Counted from the first letter of the stretch, positions 38,311-49,212 are shown. The stretch: DNA of 64,000 nucleotides from Candidatus Levyibacteriota bacterium (GCA_016214555.1 JACROF010000004.1:276-64275); one strand, 5' to 3'. Numbers and translations: made by a program. The notes: a model not told the origin generated them from the sequence alone.

Positions 38311-39106
38311 AATAAATTCAAGAAAAAAAATAGAGGGCTATTTTAGAAGGTATTTGCGCATTGGTCCTTTAGGGTTGGCACTATGGAGATCTGTTGAGGC
38401 AAAGCATCTTGGCAATACTGTTTTAAAAAGACCAATACTTGATATCGGATGTGGTTTTGGTGAGTTTGCAATCGCATATAATGAGTTTATTGAAATGGGT
38501 ATTGATAATTGTAGTAAAGATTTATACATTGCTTCAAAAACAAATCTGTATAAAAATTTAACACTTGCTGATGCGCGAGATTTGCCTTTTTCAGATAATT
38601 CATATGCATCTATTTTTTCCATAAGCACACTAGAGCATATTGAAAATCCAGATAAAGTTTTGCGAGAAGCATATAGAGTGCTAAAGCCAGGAGGACTCCT
38701 TTTTCTCACATTAGAAACTGATGAAGTTGACGATGCAACATTTTACAGACCACTATTTCAGAGAATAGGACTGAAATCGCTTAGAGATCTTACAACAGAT
38801 ATGTATAATGATATCTTTCATCGTCACACGTTATTGCCAAAGGAGGACTGGAGGAATAAAGTTGAAAAGGCAGGTTTTATCATAAAAGAATCAAGAGATA
38901 TTATTTCTCCCAAAGTAAATAAAATGTTTGACATATTACTTATTTTCGCTTGGCCTTCACAGCTTTTTAGACCAATTGTAGGGAAAAGAGTTGTATTTCG
39001 ACCAAAATTTGTAGAAGATTTTTTGGTTTCCAAATTCTTAAAATATGTTACCGAAGATGAAAAAGAAGGTACCAATCTTCTTATACTTGCAAAAAAGCCT
39101 TTATAG
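38285..39106 (+). CDS. Class I SAM-dependent methyltransferase
   Basis: ILDIGCGFGEF motif I and VLKPGGLLFL. Confidence 0.75.
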   Translation: MAKKSIKNKINSRKKIEGYFRRYLRIGPLGLALWRSVEAKHLGNTVLKRPILDIGCGFGEFAIAYNEFIEMGIDNCSKDLYIASKTNLYKNLTLADARDLPFSDNSYASIFSISTLEHIENPDKVLREAYRVLKPGGLLFLTLETDEVDDATFYRPLFQRIGLKSLRDLTTDMYNDIFHRHTLLPKEDWRNKVEKAGFIIKESRDIISPKVNKMFDILLIFAWPSQLFRPIVGKRVVFRPKFVEDFLVSKFLKYVTEDEKEGTNLLILAKKPL

Positions 39107-40580
39107 CATTTTTGTACTAAATAAGTACAAATATAATATACGACTACTATTTTGGGCTGGAATTATAACCACTATCCTATTGACTTCAATAGCGTTTGAT
39201 TTATCACCATTACTACGCGGACCTGCACCATATTACCCTGATTGGAGATGGACGTATCATCCATCTTTTGCACTTGGCAAACTGTGGGCGCCGTCGTTAG
39301 TATTTGTAACAATTCTGTGGCTTTATACGTATTATGAAAAAAAAATAGCAGAGGAAAGAGTTGTATCTATACCTAAGTTACTAGCTGTATTTGTTGGACT
39401 ATCATTTTTATTTCAAATCTCAATACTTTTTTATAATCAAGCTGGAATAAGTGTTTTATTGCATAGAATTATCAACCAGGATATAAGCGGATATTTTACA
39501 TCTTCTCTTACGATATCATCATTTTCAGCTTTTATTTCACATTATAACGAAAATGTTGGACTATACCCGATGTTTGCAAGGTTTCATCCGCCAGCTTCTA
39601 TAATTTTGCTTTGGATCCCAACAGTTGTTTTTTCACATTTCCAATCATATCTGACTGTTTTTTCAAAAATAACTCCTACTCATACGGATGTAGCATTTGT
39701 GTGGACTCATCTTGAAAATTATCAAAGAGCATCCGCTGTTTTCTCAGCTTTATTTATTCCACTATTATCAAGCATGGCAATAGTACCTTTATATTTCTTA
39801 ACATCAATGCTCTATGGATCACTAATTGCTATTAGAGCTCTCCCGCTATATATGGTTATTCCGTCGATGGTGTCTTTTAATCCTCTCAATGACGGAATGT
39901 TTTCATTTTTATCAATTACTCTCATATATGTATTTTTTCTAGCCATCAAGCGGAAGAGCGTAGCATTTTTTATTTTGACTGGATTTTTTTACGCGATATG
40001 TATCTATTTTACATTAACTTTTATTCCATTTATTCTTTTTTTTGTAACTTATCTTGTTATTTATTTCTCCAAAAGAAAAAATTTCTACTTAAATACCATT
40101 AATTCATTTTTTGCTCTATCTTTTGGAGCTCTTATAATACCTTTTTTGTTATTTGTTCTTTATCAGTTTGACACGATTCAAATGGTGCAGGCCGTCATGA
40201 AATATCATGAGATCGCAAGAAATGGAAGAGAGTATTTAGTATGGTTTTTTTATAATATATACGATACGCTTCTGTTTTTTGGAATTCCTCTTTCTTGTAT
40301 TTTCATATGGTCACTTTTTGATTTTTTTAAAAAAAGGAGAAGCCTTATAAAAAATAACATACTTGTATCGTTTTTATTTATGATTTGTTTTGTAAATTTT
40401 AGCGGTGCTACAAGGGGAGAAACAGCAAGAGTATGGATTCCTTATTTGCCTTTAATGTTTCTTGTTATAATCCATTTTATAGATATAAAAAGGTTTACAA
40501 AAAATCAAATATTATTCCTTATCGTTCTACAAGGGATTCAAGTTTTTATTTTTCAGTCCGTTTTAGTTACCCTATCATGA
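39045..40580 (+). CDS. Polytopic membrane protein, GT-C-like
   Basis: Hydropathy only. The start is uncertain because the ATG at 39045 overlaps the upstream gene by 62 nt. Confidence 0.35.
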   Translation: MLPKMKKKVPIFLYLQKSLYSIFVLNKYKYNIRLLFWAGIITTILLTSIAFDLSPLLRGPAPYYPDWRWTYHPSFALGKLWAPSLVFVTILWLYTYYEKKIAEERVVSIPKLLAVFVGLSFLFQISILFYNQAGISVLLHRIINQDISGYFTSSLTISSFSAFISHYNENVGLYPMFARFHPPASIILLWIPTVVFSHFQSYLTVFSKITPTHTDVAFVWTHLENYQRASAVFSALFIPLLSSMAIVPLYFLTSMLYGSLIAIRALPLYMVIPSMVSFNPLNDGMFSFLSITLIYVFFLAIKRKSVAFFILTGFFYAICIYFTLTFIPFILFFVTYLVIYFSKRKNFYLNTINSFFALSFGALIIPFLLFVLYQFDTIQMVQAVMKYHEIARNGREYLVWFFYNIYDTLLFFGIPLSCIFIWSLFDFFKKRRSLIKNNILVSFLFMICFVNFSGATRGETARVWIPYLPLMFLVIIHFIDIKRFTKNQILFLIVLQGIQVFIFQSVLVTLS

Positions 40581-42332
40581 TCATTGCTTTCTTTTTGGGT
40601 TGTACAGCAAGATCTTTCCGTAATAAAAAAATAAAAATAACAGTATGCTAAAAAATGTTGCAAAGCTGATTTGTTTAATTATTTTGTAAAGAGGGACATC
40701 ATTGTATGTCACTTCAATATAATTGATTCCACTATGTATGGAAAAATTTATCAGAGAATTATTTTCATAAGAAATTTTTGTTTCTTTTCCATTTACTTTT
40801 ACAATCCACCCTGGAAAGTACATCGTATTCTCTCTAAGCGATAGTTCTTTATCTGAGTATGTAATATAAGTATGCATTGTTGATGTCCTACTGATTTCCT
40901 TTAGTATTCCTTTGCCAGAAACAATTTCAAGAGGCTTTCTTGGTGGTGTTAAAAACCATGGATTGTCTTTATCAGCCCATCTCGAGTTTGCATAGTAATG
41001 ACCTTCTCCGCGTGCCGTGCTTTCTGGGAGAGATTTTATTAGATCAGCATCAGTGATAGATGGAAGAACTCTTCTCTGTCCCCAGTTTAGAACTGTTGAC
41101 AAAATAGCTATCGCTAACAGTAGGTATATAATAGGCTTTTTTTTGTATGCAAGAGTAAAGTATCCAGCAAGAACAGAGCAGGTAAATGCTGTGAGTAGGA
41201 GTAGTCTGTGATTTCCTACGTTTCTAACAAACGGAATTTGATACCAAATAAAATCAGAGTAGTTAGTTATTAAATAAATCAAGACAAATGTTGAAAAGAG
41301 CCAAAATAGTATACTTTTATTGTATTTTATTGATAATTTGTGTCTTAATAGCAAATAGCACAAAATCCCCAAAATAATTACGTGAGGGTACCCGATAAGA
41401 TTTGAGATTTCACCATATGGACCTTGAAATAGCAGACCTAGTCTCCATGGGGAATAGAGGAGTTCTTTAAGTGACAAGGATAAAACATGATTTTCAATTG
41501 CTTTTTCATATATTGTAAATTTTGAAAGAAAAAAGGGTGGCAACCATAAGTATATTGACGATAATGCACCAAGGAGATATGAAAGTAATAGTTTTAGATA
41601 AAGGTTGCTCTTCAAAATCTTTTTTTTATATACGATAACAACAAACATTGTTGACAGCATTGTTACAAAAAAAGCTATGACGACATGACTCATAATAAGA
41701 AGGCTAAGTAGTAGTCCAGAGGTAAGAATATGAATTTTTCTCCCTTCAACCATTTTTTGTAAAAAGATAAAATAAAGTGGTAAAAGAGTAAAAAGAAGTA
41801 TTTCGCCAATTACAATTTTAAAATGAATATCGATAAGATGGTAGGGTGCAAACAAGTAAAAAACTGAAGAAGAAAATGCTGCAAGATCGTTTTTAAGAAT
41901 TTTTTTTGAGAATAAATACATAAAGATCCCAGAAAGGATTATGTTTGCTGCTAAAAACAATTTCATACTAAATATGTATGAAAATCCGAGAAAATGAATA
42001 AAACTTAAGAGATAGTAAGGTAGTGTGTAGTTGAAGATAAAAAGAGGGTAACCGTAATTTGCATTTAGATTAGAAGACCATGAAGGCATAAATATGCCTT
42101 CGCTTAATGAGTCAAAAAACGAGATTGTTCTATAAAGATGGATTGTGAAATCACCACTTTCGTAAATTCCTTTTCTAAACACGCTCAGCGAGAGTATGAG
42201 CCCAAGAATAACAATGATCGTGAGAAAGCTTACATTTTTTTTAGGATATATAAATCGATAAAAAAGAAATCCTAGAGTACAAAAGGAGAGTGCTAGAACG
42301 TTGATAACAATCATTTTATAAGGATCAAGCAT
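40581..42332 (-). CDS. Polytopic membrane protein, GT-C-like, with a C-terminal extracytoplasmic domain
   Basis: About 13 TM helices and then a soluble domain of about 140 aa. Confidence 0.4.
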   Translation of the reverse strand: MLDPYKMIVINVLALSFCTLGFLFYRFIYPKKNVSFLTIIVILGLILSLSVFRKGIYESGDFTIHLYRTISFFDSLSEGIFMPSWSSNLNANYGYPLFIFNYTLPYYLLSFIHFLGFSYIFSMKLFLAANIILSGIFMYLFSKKILKNDLAAFSSSVFYLFAPYHLIDIHFKIVIGEILLFTLLPLYFIFLQKMVEGRKIHILTSGLLLSLLIMSHVVIAFFVTMLSTMFVVIVYKKKILKSNLYLKLLLSYLLGALSSIYLWLPPFFLSKFTIYEKAIENHVLSLSLKELLYSPWRLGLLFQGPYGEISNLIGYPHVIILGILCYLLLRHKLSIKYNKSILFWLFSTFVLIYLITNYSDFIWYQIPFVRNVGNHRLLLLTAFTCSVLAGYFTLAYKKKPIIYLLLAIAILSTVLNWGQRRVLPSITDADLIKSLPESTARGEGHYYANSRWADKDNPWFLTPPRKPLEIVSGKGILKEISRTSTMHTYITYSDKELSLRENTMYFPGWIVKVNGKETKISYENNSLINFSIHSGINYIEVTYNDVPLYKIIKQISFATFFSILLFLFFYYGKILLYNPKRKQ

Positions 42333-42389
42333 ATAGATGATATGATAACTTGGAAGTGTTCTGTCTACAAGTGCTAGCTAATATAAATT

Positions 42390-43619
42390 TCAAATTACTT
42401 CTAGGATTGGTAATGGGAAGATGAAGTGACCACCATTTTCAAGATATTTTCTTTCTCTTCTAATAAATTCCTGCTTAAAAAACCATGGAAGTACAAGCAT
42501 ATAATCAGGTTTTTCTTTTCTTGCTTGTTCTTCAGAGATAATTTCAATTCCAACAGACGCAATTTTTTTCCCCCATTTTTCAGGATTTCGTTCAACTGCA
42601 TAAGGTATCAGTTTTTTATCAATTCCAAAATATTGTAAAAGAGTATTTCCTCTTGTCGATGCTCCATACAAATACACTGATTTATTTTGAGTTCTTTGCT
42701 CTTTAAGGAATTTTTGAACTTGCTTTTTATTTTGTTTTATTTTTTTTGAAAAGTCTGCGTAAACTTTTTTTCTATTTAAGTTGATAAGTTTTTCAAGTTC
42801 AAATTGTTCATATACTGCAGTAGAAATTGTTCTTTCACCTTTTCTTGCAATATATGTTCGAAAACTTCCTCCATTTAATTCCCTCAGCTCTAGGTGAAAA
42901 ACTTCAAGGCCATGTCTATCAAGGAGATGCTGTAGGGATATGAGAGAATAATATTCAATATGCTCATGAACAATATTATCAAACGCATTTTGCGTCAGCA
43001 TTTTTACGAGGTAATTTTGCTGTATAACAAAAATGCCATTCACATTAAGACATTTGACCACATCAGCAACAAATTCATTTGGATCTTCCATATCATAAAA
43101 ACATGAAATTGCAGAAATGATATCTGCCTTTTTTGTTTTTAGTGTCTTATTGGCTGTTTCATAACGAAAAAAATCATTTATAACAATATCTGCATACTGT
43201 TTACATTCTTTTGCAAGTTTTTTAACGGGTTCAACTCCAATTTTTTTAACATAGGAAGGATAATATTTCAGAAGTGTACCGTCGTTTGCTCCGATATCTA
43301 TTGCAATAATTTTTTTTCTATCTGAGTCTAGTATTTTTAAAGATTCTTCTGCAATTCCTTTTAATTCGTCTTTCATTGTTTGATTTATACCTGATTTATA
43401 CCCATAGTGTTCAGTGTAGAGAAGAGATGATGGTGTTGTGTGTTTGAGTTGTACGAGGAAGCATTTAGTACAGAGAACAAGAACTAACGGATACTTTGGA
43501 GGCTTGATGTCATTATCAGCAAAATCAGATAGTGCAATATTTCCCAATGAAAGAATCGTTGTTATTTTTGGAGATTTACATGATCTACATTTTGTTATTG
43601 GTGCAATTTTTCCTGTCAT
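42390..43619 (-). CDS. SAM-dependent methyltransferase with an N-terminal Zn ribbon and a C-methyltransferase-type C-terminal domain (TylCIII-like architecture)
   Basis: CRSCKSPK...CTKC ribbon, IDIGANDGTLL motif I, and a C-terminal domain of about 100 aa. Paralog of the gene at 49545. Confidence 0.65.
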   Translation of the reverse strand: MTGKIAPITKCRSCKSPKITTILSLGNIALSDFADNDIKPPKYPLVLVLCTKCFLVQLKHTTPSSLLYTEHYGYKSGINQTMKDELKGIAEESLKILDSDRKKIIAIDIGANDGTLLKYYPSYVKKIGVEPVKKLAKECKQYADIVINDFFRYETANKTLKTKKADIISAISCFYDMEDPNEFVADVVKCLNVNGIFVIQQNYLVKMLTQNAFDNIVHEHIEYYSLISLQHLLDRHGLEVFHLELRELNGGSFRTYIARKGERTISTAVYEQFELEKLINLNRKKVYADFSKKIKQNKKQVQKFLKEQRTQNKSVYLYGASTRGNTLLQYFGIDKKLIPYAVERNPEKWGKKIASVGIEIISEEQARKEKPDYMLVLPWFFKQEFIRRERKYLENGGHFIFPLPILEVI

Positions 43620-43710
43620 ATAGATCTAAACAATTATAAACGAATAATTGTTATAATTGCAATATAAATCATTAGAGGAATATATAACAATTTTTTATCA
43701 TAATTTAGAC

Positions 43711-46278
43711 ATGAAAGTAGCAGTAATTCTTACCGTCTTCAACGAAAGTAAATCCATTAAAAAATTTCTCGACTCATTGATTGATCAAACAGAATCGCCT
43801 GATGAAGTTGTAATTGTTGATGGCGGTTCTAGTGATGATACTGTGGACCTAATTAAAAATTATTTTTTGACACAAAAAAAGCATGAACAGATTACATTTG
43901 AAATAAAGGTTTTTGTTAAAAAAGGAAACCGGTCAGTTGGAAGAAATGAAGCAATTAAAAAAACTTCTTCGGAGTTTATTCTTATTACTGATGCAGGATG
44001 CTATCTTCATAGAAAATGGGTTGAGTTTATGAAGAGGAAATTTGAAAGTACCAACGCAGATGTTGTAGCAGGATACTATTCTGGAAAAGCTAAAAATATT
44101 TTTCAAAAAGCTCTTCTTCCTTATGTTTTTGTCATGCCAGACAAAATTAGTAAAGATGTTTTTCTTCCTGCTACAAGATCGATGGGAATAAAAAAACAGG
44201 TTTGGAAAGAAATGAATGGGTTTGATACAAGATATTCACACAACGAGGACTATGTGTTTGCAAACAAGTTAATAAAAAACAAAAAAAAGATTGTTTTTGA
44301 ACGAAAAGCAATAGTATATTGGATTCCAAGAAAAAATATTATGGCGGCAGCAAATATGTTTTACAGATTTGCGTTAGGAGATGTAGAAGCAGGAATTATC
44401 AGACCAAAGGTAATTTTAATTTTTGCCAGGTATTTTCTATTTCTTTATTTAGCTTTTTACACATTTGTGTCATCTTCTCTTCTTTACTTTTTAATATCTT
44501 TAACACTACCAATTATTTATCTTTTGTACATTTATTGGAAAAATAGAAAATATGTTTCAATAGCAAAAAGTTTGTATGTTCTTCCATTGATACAAATCAC
44601 ATCAGATTTGTCAGTGATGGTGGGTTCCGGAATGGGTTTGATTAAAAGATGTTATTTATTTTTGAGGAAGTTTTCGTTTCAAAATAATTTATGGACAATA
44701 TTAATTGTTCTTTTTTATTTATTAATGACTTTGCCATTTCTTTCGTGGGGAGTTCCAAATTTATATCATCCGTTTTTTTACCAAATGGACGAGTGGCATA
44801 GTCTTCAGTCAGTAAGGCATTTTTTTTCTGAAGGTACAGTGAATGTTCCAGGAGCAGCATATGGAATGGCATTTTTTTATTTTCTATCTGGAGTGTTTCT
44901 AATTCCTTTTTACATTCTTGGATTGGTTGATCCATTTCAAATATCTTCATCAGTAGGATCACTTGAGATGCAGGAGATGTTAGCAATAATCTTACGGATC
45001 AGCACTGTGCTGTATGGAATAGGTAGTATAATACTTCTCGCGTTTATTATCAGAAAATATATAGGTCTAAATTACATATTTGGAGTTTTATTATTCGTTC
45101 TAACTCCTATCTGGATTACGCTTAGTATTTTATTTAAATATGATGTTGCTGTTGTTTTTTGGATATTGTTGTGTGTTTACTTTTCATTTTTATTGATTGA
45201 GTCTCCCTCAAGACGAAATTTTTTCTACCTTACAGCAGTTAGCGCTTTTGCATTAACAGTAAAAATTAGTGTATTGCCAGCTATCCCGATATTAGTTGCG
45301 GCATATTTTTTGTTTGTTCCAAAATCTATCAGGAGAATAAAAGATATGTCCTTTGCTATAGCATTATTTTTACTAATACTTTTTCTATTTGGAACTCCTG
45401 ATGTTATTGATCACTACAGAGACTATTATAATCTTGTTTACCTCAATACTGTTGATGGACCTAAGGCTATGAAGGAATATATTCTTCCGGGGTCTCAATT
45501 TTATTATCTTGTTTCTTATGAGTACCCGGCAATTTTTGGTAATGTTTTTTATGCCTTATTTTTGTTTTCATGTGTATTACTGTTTATCCACACAAGTAAG
45601 TCCATAATTGTGTCTGGGATTAAAAAGGTTAAAAAAGAAACTTTTTTGTTAATTAGTTTGTCCATGTATGCAATAAGTCTTGTGCCATTGGGTCTTGGAG
45701 GTGGAACAAATAGAGCACTTGTCCTATTACCCTTCATGGTGCTAATAGTCATATTTTCATGGAATAAGTTTGTTACTCCAGTTATTAAAAACAGTCTCTT
45801 TATTGGCATTCTCATTACTCTTATTGTTTTAAGTCAGGCGTTCTTAACAATTGGTTGGCAAAGCATAAGATTTTTTGATGATCCAAGAATTTCATCTTCA
45901 ACATGGATTATAAAAAACGTTGAAAAGGGAAGTGAGGTAGGTATTGAGAATATCCCTATTTATCAGATGCTTCCTGATGTTTTGGTGGCTGGTTTTTATA
46001 ATGGATCTGAAAAAAATAGATATAAGTTGTCTGTTATTAACTCAGGTACAAAATTCCTACCTAGTTATGTTGTCGTATCAGGAGGAGATAGCATTTCTCT
46101 ATTTTTAAAAAATTCAGAGAAACAGAAATTAATAAACCGTCTTAAAAAAGATGGCTATAGATCTGTTAAAACATTTACTCCTAATTTTACCTATTTTGAA
46201 TTATTCGCTGAAAAAAGAGAGTTTGTTCTTGCTAATCTAATTCCTATGCCAACTTCAATTACTATTTATAAAAAATAG
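43711..46278 (+). CDS. Fusion of a GT2 catalytic domain with a polytopic GT-C-like membrane domain
   Basis: N-terminus MKVAVILTVFNE...VVIVDGGSSDDT...ITDAGC (GT2) is followed by about 600 aa of membrane domain with MDEWHSL in the first loop. Confidence 0.6.
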   Translation: MKVAVILTVFNESKSIKKFLDSLIDQTESPDEVVIVDGGSSDDTVDLIKNYFLTQKKHEQITFEIKVFVKKGNRSVGRNEAIKKTSSEFILITDAGCYLHRKWVEFMKRKFESTNADVVAGYYSGKAKNIFQKALLPYVFVMPDKISKDVFLPATRSMGIKKQVWKEMNGFDTRYSHNEDYVFANKLIKNKKKIVFERKAIVYWIPRKNIMAAANMFYRFALGDVEAGIIRPKVILIFARYFLFLYLAFYTFVSSSLLYFLISLTLPIIYLLYIYWKNRKYVSIAKSLYVLPLIQITSDLSVMVGSGMGLIKRCYLFLRKFSFQNNLWTILIVLFYLLMTLPFLSWGVPNLYHPFFYQMDEWHSLQSVRHFFSEGTVNVPGAAYGMAFFYFLSGVFLIPFYILGLVDPFQISSSVGSLEMQEMLAIILRISTVLYGIGSIILLAFIIRKYIGLNYIFGVLLFVLTPIWITLSILFKYDVAVVFWILLCVYFSFLLIESPSRRNFFYLTAVSAFALTVKISVLPAIPILVAAYFLFVPKSIRRIKDMSFAIALFLLILFLFGTPDVIDHYRDYYNLVYLNTVDGPKAMKEYILPGSQFYYLVSYEYPAIFGNVFYALFLFSCVLLFIHTSKSIIVSGIKKVKKETFLLISLSMYAISLVPLGLGGGTNRALVLLPFMVLIVIFSWNKFVTPVIKNSLFIGILITLIVLSQAFLTIGWQSIRFFDDPRISSSTWIIKNVEKGSEVGIENIPIYQMLPDVLVAGFYNGSEKNRYKLSVINSGTKFLPSYVVVSGGDSISLFLKNSEKQKLINRLKKDGYRSVKTFTPNFTYFELFAEKREFVLANLIPMPTSITIYKK

Positions 46279-46923
46279 TTACTTATTTGCAATAAACATG
46301 TGGTTTAGGCCCCATTGAGTAATAAAATATTTTTTTCTTATGTTCTTAAACCCTCCCTTTTTTAACAAAGTAGTAATTTCCTTATCAGTTAAGTAATAGC
46401 TTTCGTCGTGATGCATACCTCTTTCCCCATCAACATCAAATGAGGTATGAAAATATTTGTCGTAGAAATGCACTAGCTTATGTACTGCGATTTCAGCGAT
46501 AGGATTTCCCATGGTGATAATTATTTTTCCTTTATTTGATAAGCAGCGATAAGATTCTTTAATTTCAAGTAATCTTTCCTTTTTGGGAATATGATTTATT
46601 GTTGCAATAAATGTTACTGTGCTAAACTCTCCCGAAGAGAATGGGAAAACTGTTAGTGATTGAAATACTTGCTCCTTACTTAATCCTTTATAGTGAAAAA
46701 CGTCGATACCCTTTCCATTTCCCCTCCTAAATTTTTTGATAAAAAGATTGTCATTCCCGCAGCCTACATCAAGGCATCTTCCAACAACTTCTTTCGATAC
46801 ATAAAAATATCTTTCAGACCGTAAAGAGCAAAAAATAAAAAAGTCTTTATCAAACAGAGTTAATGCTCTAATAGGAAAAAATAAAAAATCTAAGATGGAA
46901 TGAAAAAATGATCGTTTAGGCAT
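46279..46923 (-). CDS. Class I SAM-dependent methyltransferase
   Basis: CLDVGCGNDN motif I. Confidence 0.6.
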   Translation of the reverse strand: MPKRSFFHSILDFLFFPIRALTLFDKDFFIFCSLRSERYFYVSKEVVGRCLDVGCGNDNLFIKKFRRGNGKGIDVFHYKGLSKEQVFQSLTVFPFSSGEFSTVTFIATINHIPKKERLLEIKESYRCLSNKGKIIITMGNPIAEIAVHKLVHFYDKYFHTSFDVDGERGMHHDESYYLTDKEITTLLKKGGFKNIRKKYFITQWGLNHMFIANK

Positions 46924-47264
46924 TATTTTTTCTTGATTCCTTTTAAGGAATCGTGTCGAATAATTTCAGTAATATTCTTTTCAATGCGTTCAATAATTGA
47001 TAAGATTTTATAAATGAACACTAACAAAATAATAAAACCGAAAAGTACTAGAGAATTTTTATCATTTTTTGCACCAAGTAGTTGCATGAGATGATCATAT
47101 GTTGATGGAATCAGTGTTATGATTATTATTCCTCCCCAAATAAATAATGTAGTAAAAATTTTGAGTAAAGATTGTCGTGGTTCTTTATTAATTCTTTTTT
47201 TTAACCTATCAACAATAAATACTAGACAAATTATGACTATGATAATTTTGTAAAGCTCAATCAT
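46923..47264 (-). CDS. Small membrane protein, DUF2304-like (GtrA-position partner of a polyprenyl-P GT2)
   Basis: 113 aa with 3 TM helices and a charged C-terminus. Its ATGA start/stop overlaps the downstream gene. Confidence 0.4.
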   Translation of the reverse strand: MIELYKIIIVIICLVFIVDRLKKRINKEPRQSLLKIFTTLFIWGGIIIITLIPSTYDHLMQLLGAKNDKNSLVLFGFIILLVFIYKILSIIERIEKNITEIIRHDSLKGIKKK

Positions 47265-47265
47265 A

Positions 47266-47934
47266 CTATAATGATTTTATCATTCTGTATATCATTTTTA
47301 ATCCATTAATTGGGTGCTGCTTGTATTTTTTTTGAGTGGAGTATTTTGTGTATTTTGTTGATACTTTGACCTGAGAGTATCGCAATTTTTTATGCTTGAT
47401 CTCCTTGATAATTTCGCTGTCAAATTCGTAAAAATCAGCGTGTGTCTCTATCTTATCAATCGCATTTGACGAGTATGCTCTGAATCCGCACTGACTATCT
47501 TTGACATAAATTCCGTAAAGCATCCACACAAAAATGTTTGCTATTTTATTTGATACAATTTTTAATAATGGCATTTGTTTACTTTCAAAATTTCTATAAC
47601 CAAGAACAACATCATATCCTTTCTCCAATTCTCTAAGTAATTTTGGGATATCCACAACATCGTGTTGTCCATCACCGTCCATTGTAATCACAGAAGTAGC
47701 TTTGAGTATTTTTGCTGCCTCAAGTCCTGTTTTGATTGCTGCGCCTTTTCCTCTATTGATCGCATGGCGAACGTATATAATGTCTGCTTTCTCTATGGTA
47801 GATTCAGTTTTGTCTGTAGAGCCGTCATCGACAACGATAACATTTTTGTATCCTTTCGAATTTAGATCAAACAAAATTTTATTTATAATTTTATACTCGT
47901 TAAATATTGGGATTATGATAAAGATTTTGTTCAT
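47266..47934 (-). CDS. GT2 polyprenyl-phosphate sugar synthase (GtrB/ArnC/Dpm1-like)
   Basis: IIIPIFNE, VVDDGSTDKT and MDGDGQHD motifs. Confidence 0.8.
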   Translation of the reverse strand: MNKIFIIIPIFNEYKIINKILFDLNSKGYKNVIVVDDGSTDKTESTIEKADIIYVRHAINRGKGAAIKTGLEAAKILKATSVITMDGDGQHDVVDIPKLLRELEKGYDVVLGYRNFESKQMPLLKIVSNKIANIFVWMLYGIYVKDSQCGFRAYSSNAIDKIETHADFYEFDSEIIKEIKHKKLRYSQVKVSTKYTKYSTQKKYKQHPINGLKMIYRMIKSL

Positions 47935-48008
47935 AAATAACTTTAAATATTATACATCTAGTATTTAAATCTGGAATTACTCGACTGCAAGAACTATAAT
48001 GCAAATCT

Positions 48009-49118
48009 ATGAAGATTGCAGTATATCACGAATTACCTCTTGGGGGAGCAAGAAGAGCAATTAATGAATTTTCTAAGGTGCTAAAAACCAAACATAAGGT
48101 AGATCTTTATGTCCTGGATGAAGTGAGACATCCAGAGGAGGTTTTTTACTCTAAAACATTTTCTTTCATTTTTAAATCAAAAGCTTGGAGAGGGGGAGAC
48201 CCACTTGTAAAACTTTATAAAGATTTTGTAGAGGTAATGTTGTTGTATTTTTTTACTAAAAAGATTGCTGCAGTAATCAATATAAGAAAATATGACATTG
48301 TTATTGTAAGCGCATCTCGATATATAGAGACCCCATTTATCACAAGGTTTATTCGTAGTCCTTTAGTATTTTATTGCTCTGACCCAAATTATAGATTCGT
48401 ATATGACAATTTGGTGTTTCTTGATAAAAAAATTGGAAATATCAGGTATTATTATGAGATTTTTAAAAGAGTTATATATAAAAAATTAGATCGAGATAAT
48501 GTTCAGAAAGCGATGCTATGTCTTGCTCCTTCTCATTTTATAGCAAGCAAATTTAGTAAAACATACAATGTCCCAAATACCCCAGTGCATTATGGCGTAG
48601 ATACCTCATTTTTTACACCGGGAAAGATAAGAAAAGATATAGACATTTTATATATTGGATCGAAAGCTAAAGTAGACGGTATAGATTTATTAGAAAAAGT
48701 GATTAGATTTTTACCTAGGAAAACTGTTGTTAAGAAAATTTTAATCGAGGAGGAGTGGATTTCTGATGATCTTATTTTAAGGGAGTATTATAGGAGATCA
48801 AAGATCGTTTTTTGTCCTGCGCGAAAAGAAGGGCTTGGTGCTGTTCCGATGGAGGCGATGTCCTGTGGTTGTGTTGTTGTTGCAGTAGATGAGGCAGGTC
48901 ATAAAGAAACAATAGTCAACGGTGTTACTGGATATTTAGTACCACGGAATCCTAAAATCATTGCAGAAAGAATGCGTTTACAACTTGTTAATCCTCAAAT
49001 AAGGAGAAAGGTTGGGAAGAAAGGAAGAGAAATTATGGAAAAAATGTGGTCTTGGGAAAAAAGAGGAGAAGTTTTTGAAAAGACAATCGTACAATTTGTT
49101 AACGATACTAAGCTGTAG
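48009..49118 (+). CDS. GT-B glycosyltransferase (GT4)
   Basis: C-terminal EGLGAVPMEAMSCGCVVVA motif. Confidence 0.7.
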   Translation: MKIAVYHELPLGGARRAINEFSKVLKTKHKVDLYVLDEVRHPEEVFYSKTFSFIFKSKAWRGGDPLVKLYKDFVEVMLLYFFTKKIAAVINIRKYDIVIVSASRYIETPFITRFIRSPLVFYCSDPNYRFVYDNLVFLDKKIGNIRYYYEIFKRVIYKKLDRDNVQKAMLCLAPSHFIASKFSKTYNVPNTPVHYGVDTSFFTPGKIRKDIDILYIGSKAKVDGIDLLEKVIRFLPRKTVVKKILIEEEWISDDLILREYYRRSKIVFCPARKEGLGAVPMEAMSCGCVVVAVDEAGHKETIVNGVTGYLVPRNPKIIAERMRLQLVNPQIRRKVGKKGREIMEKMWSWEKRGEVFEKTIVQFVNDTKL

Positions 49119-49212
49119 CTTGACCATAAAGTATATCTTTGCTATTATTTTTTCTATTGTGAAAAGTCCTGTTAAAACAATAAAACCATTCTTTTCAGAC
49201 AGTAGGGGAGAA

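Noticed and set aside
49012-49212. Long form of the cupin ORF starting at 49012
   Set aside because: The N-terminal 67 codons overlap the GT4 gene out of frame. An internal ATG at 49213 has a good SD and gives a normal cupin length.
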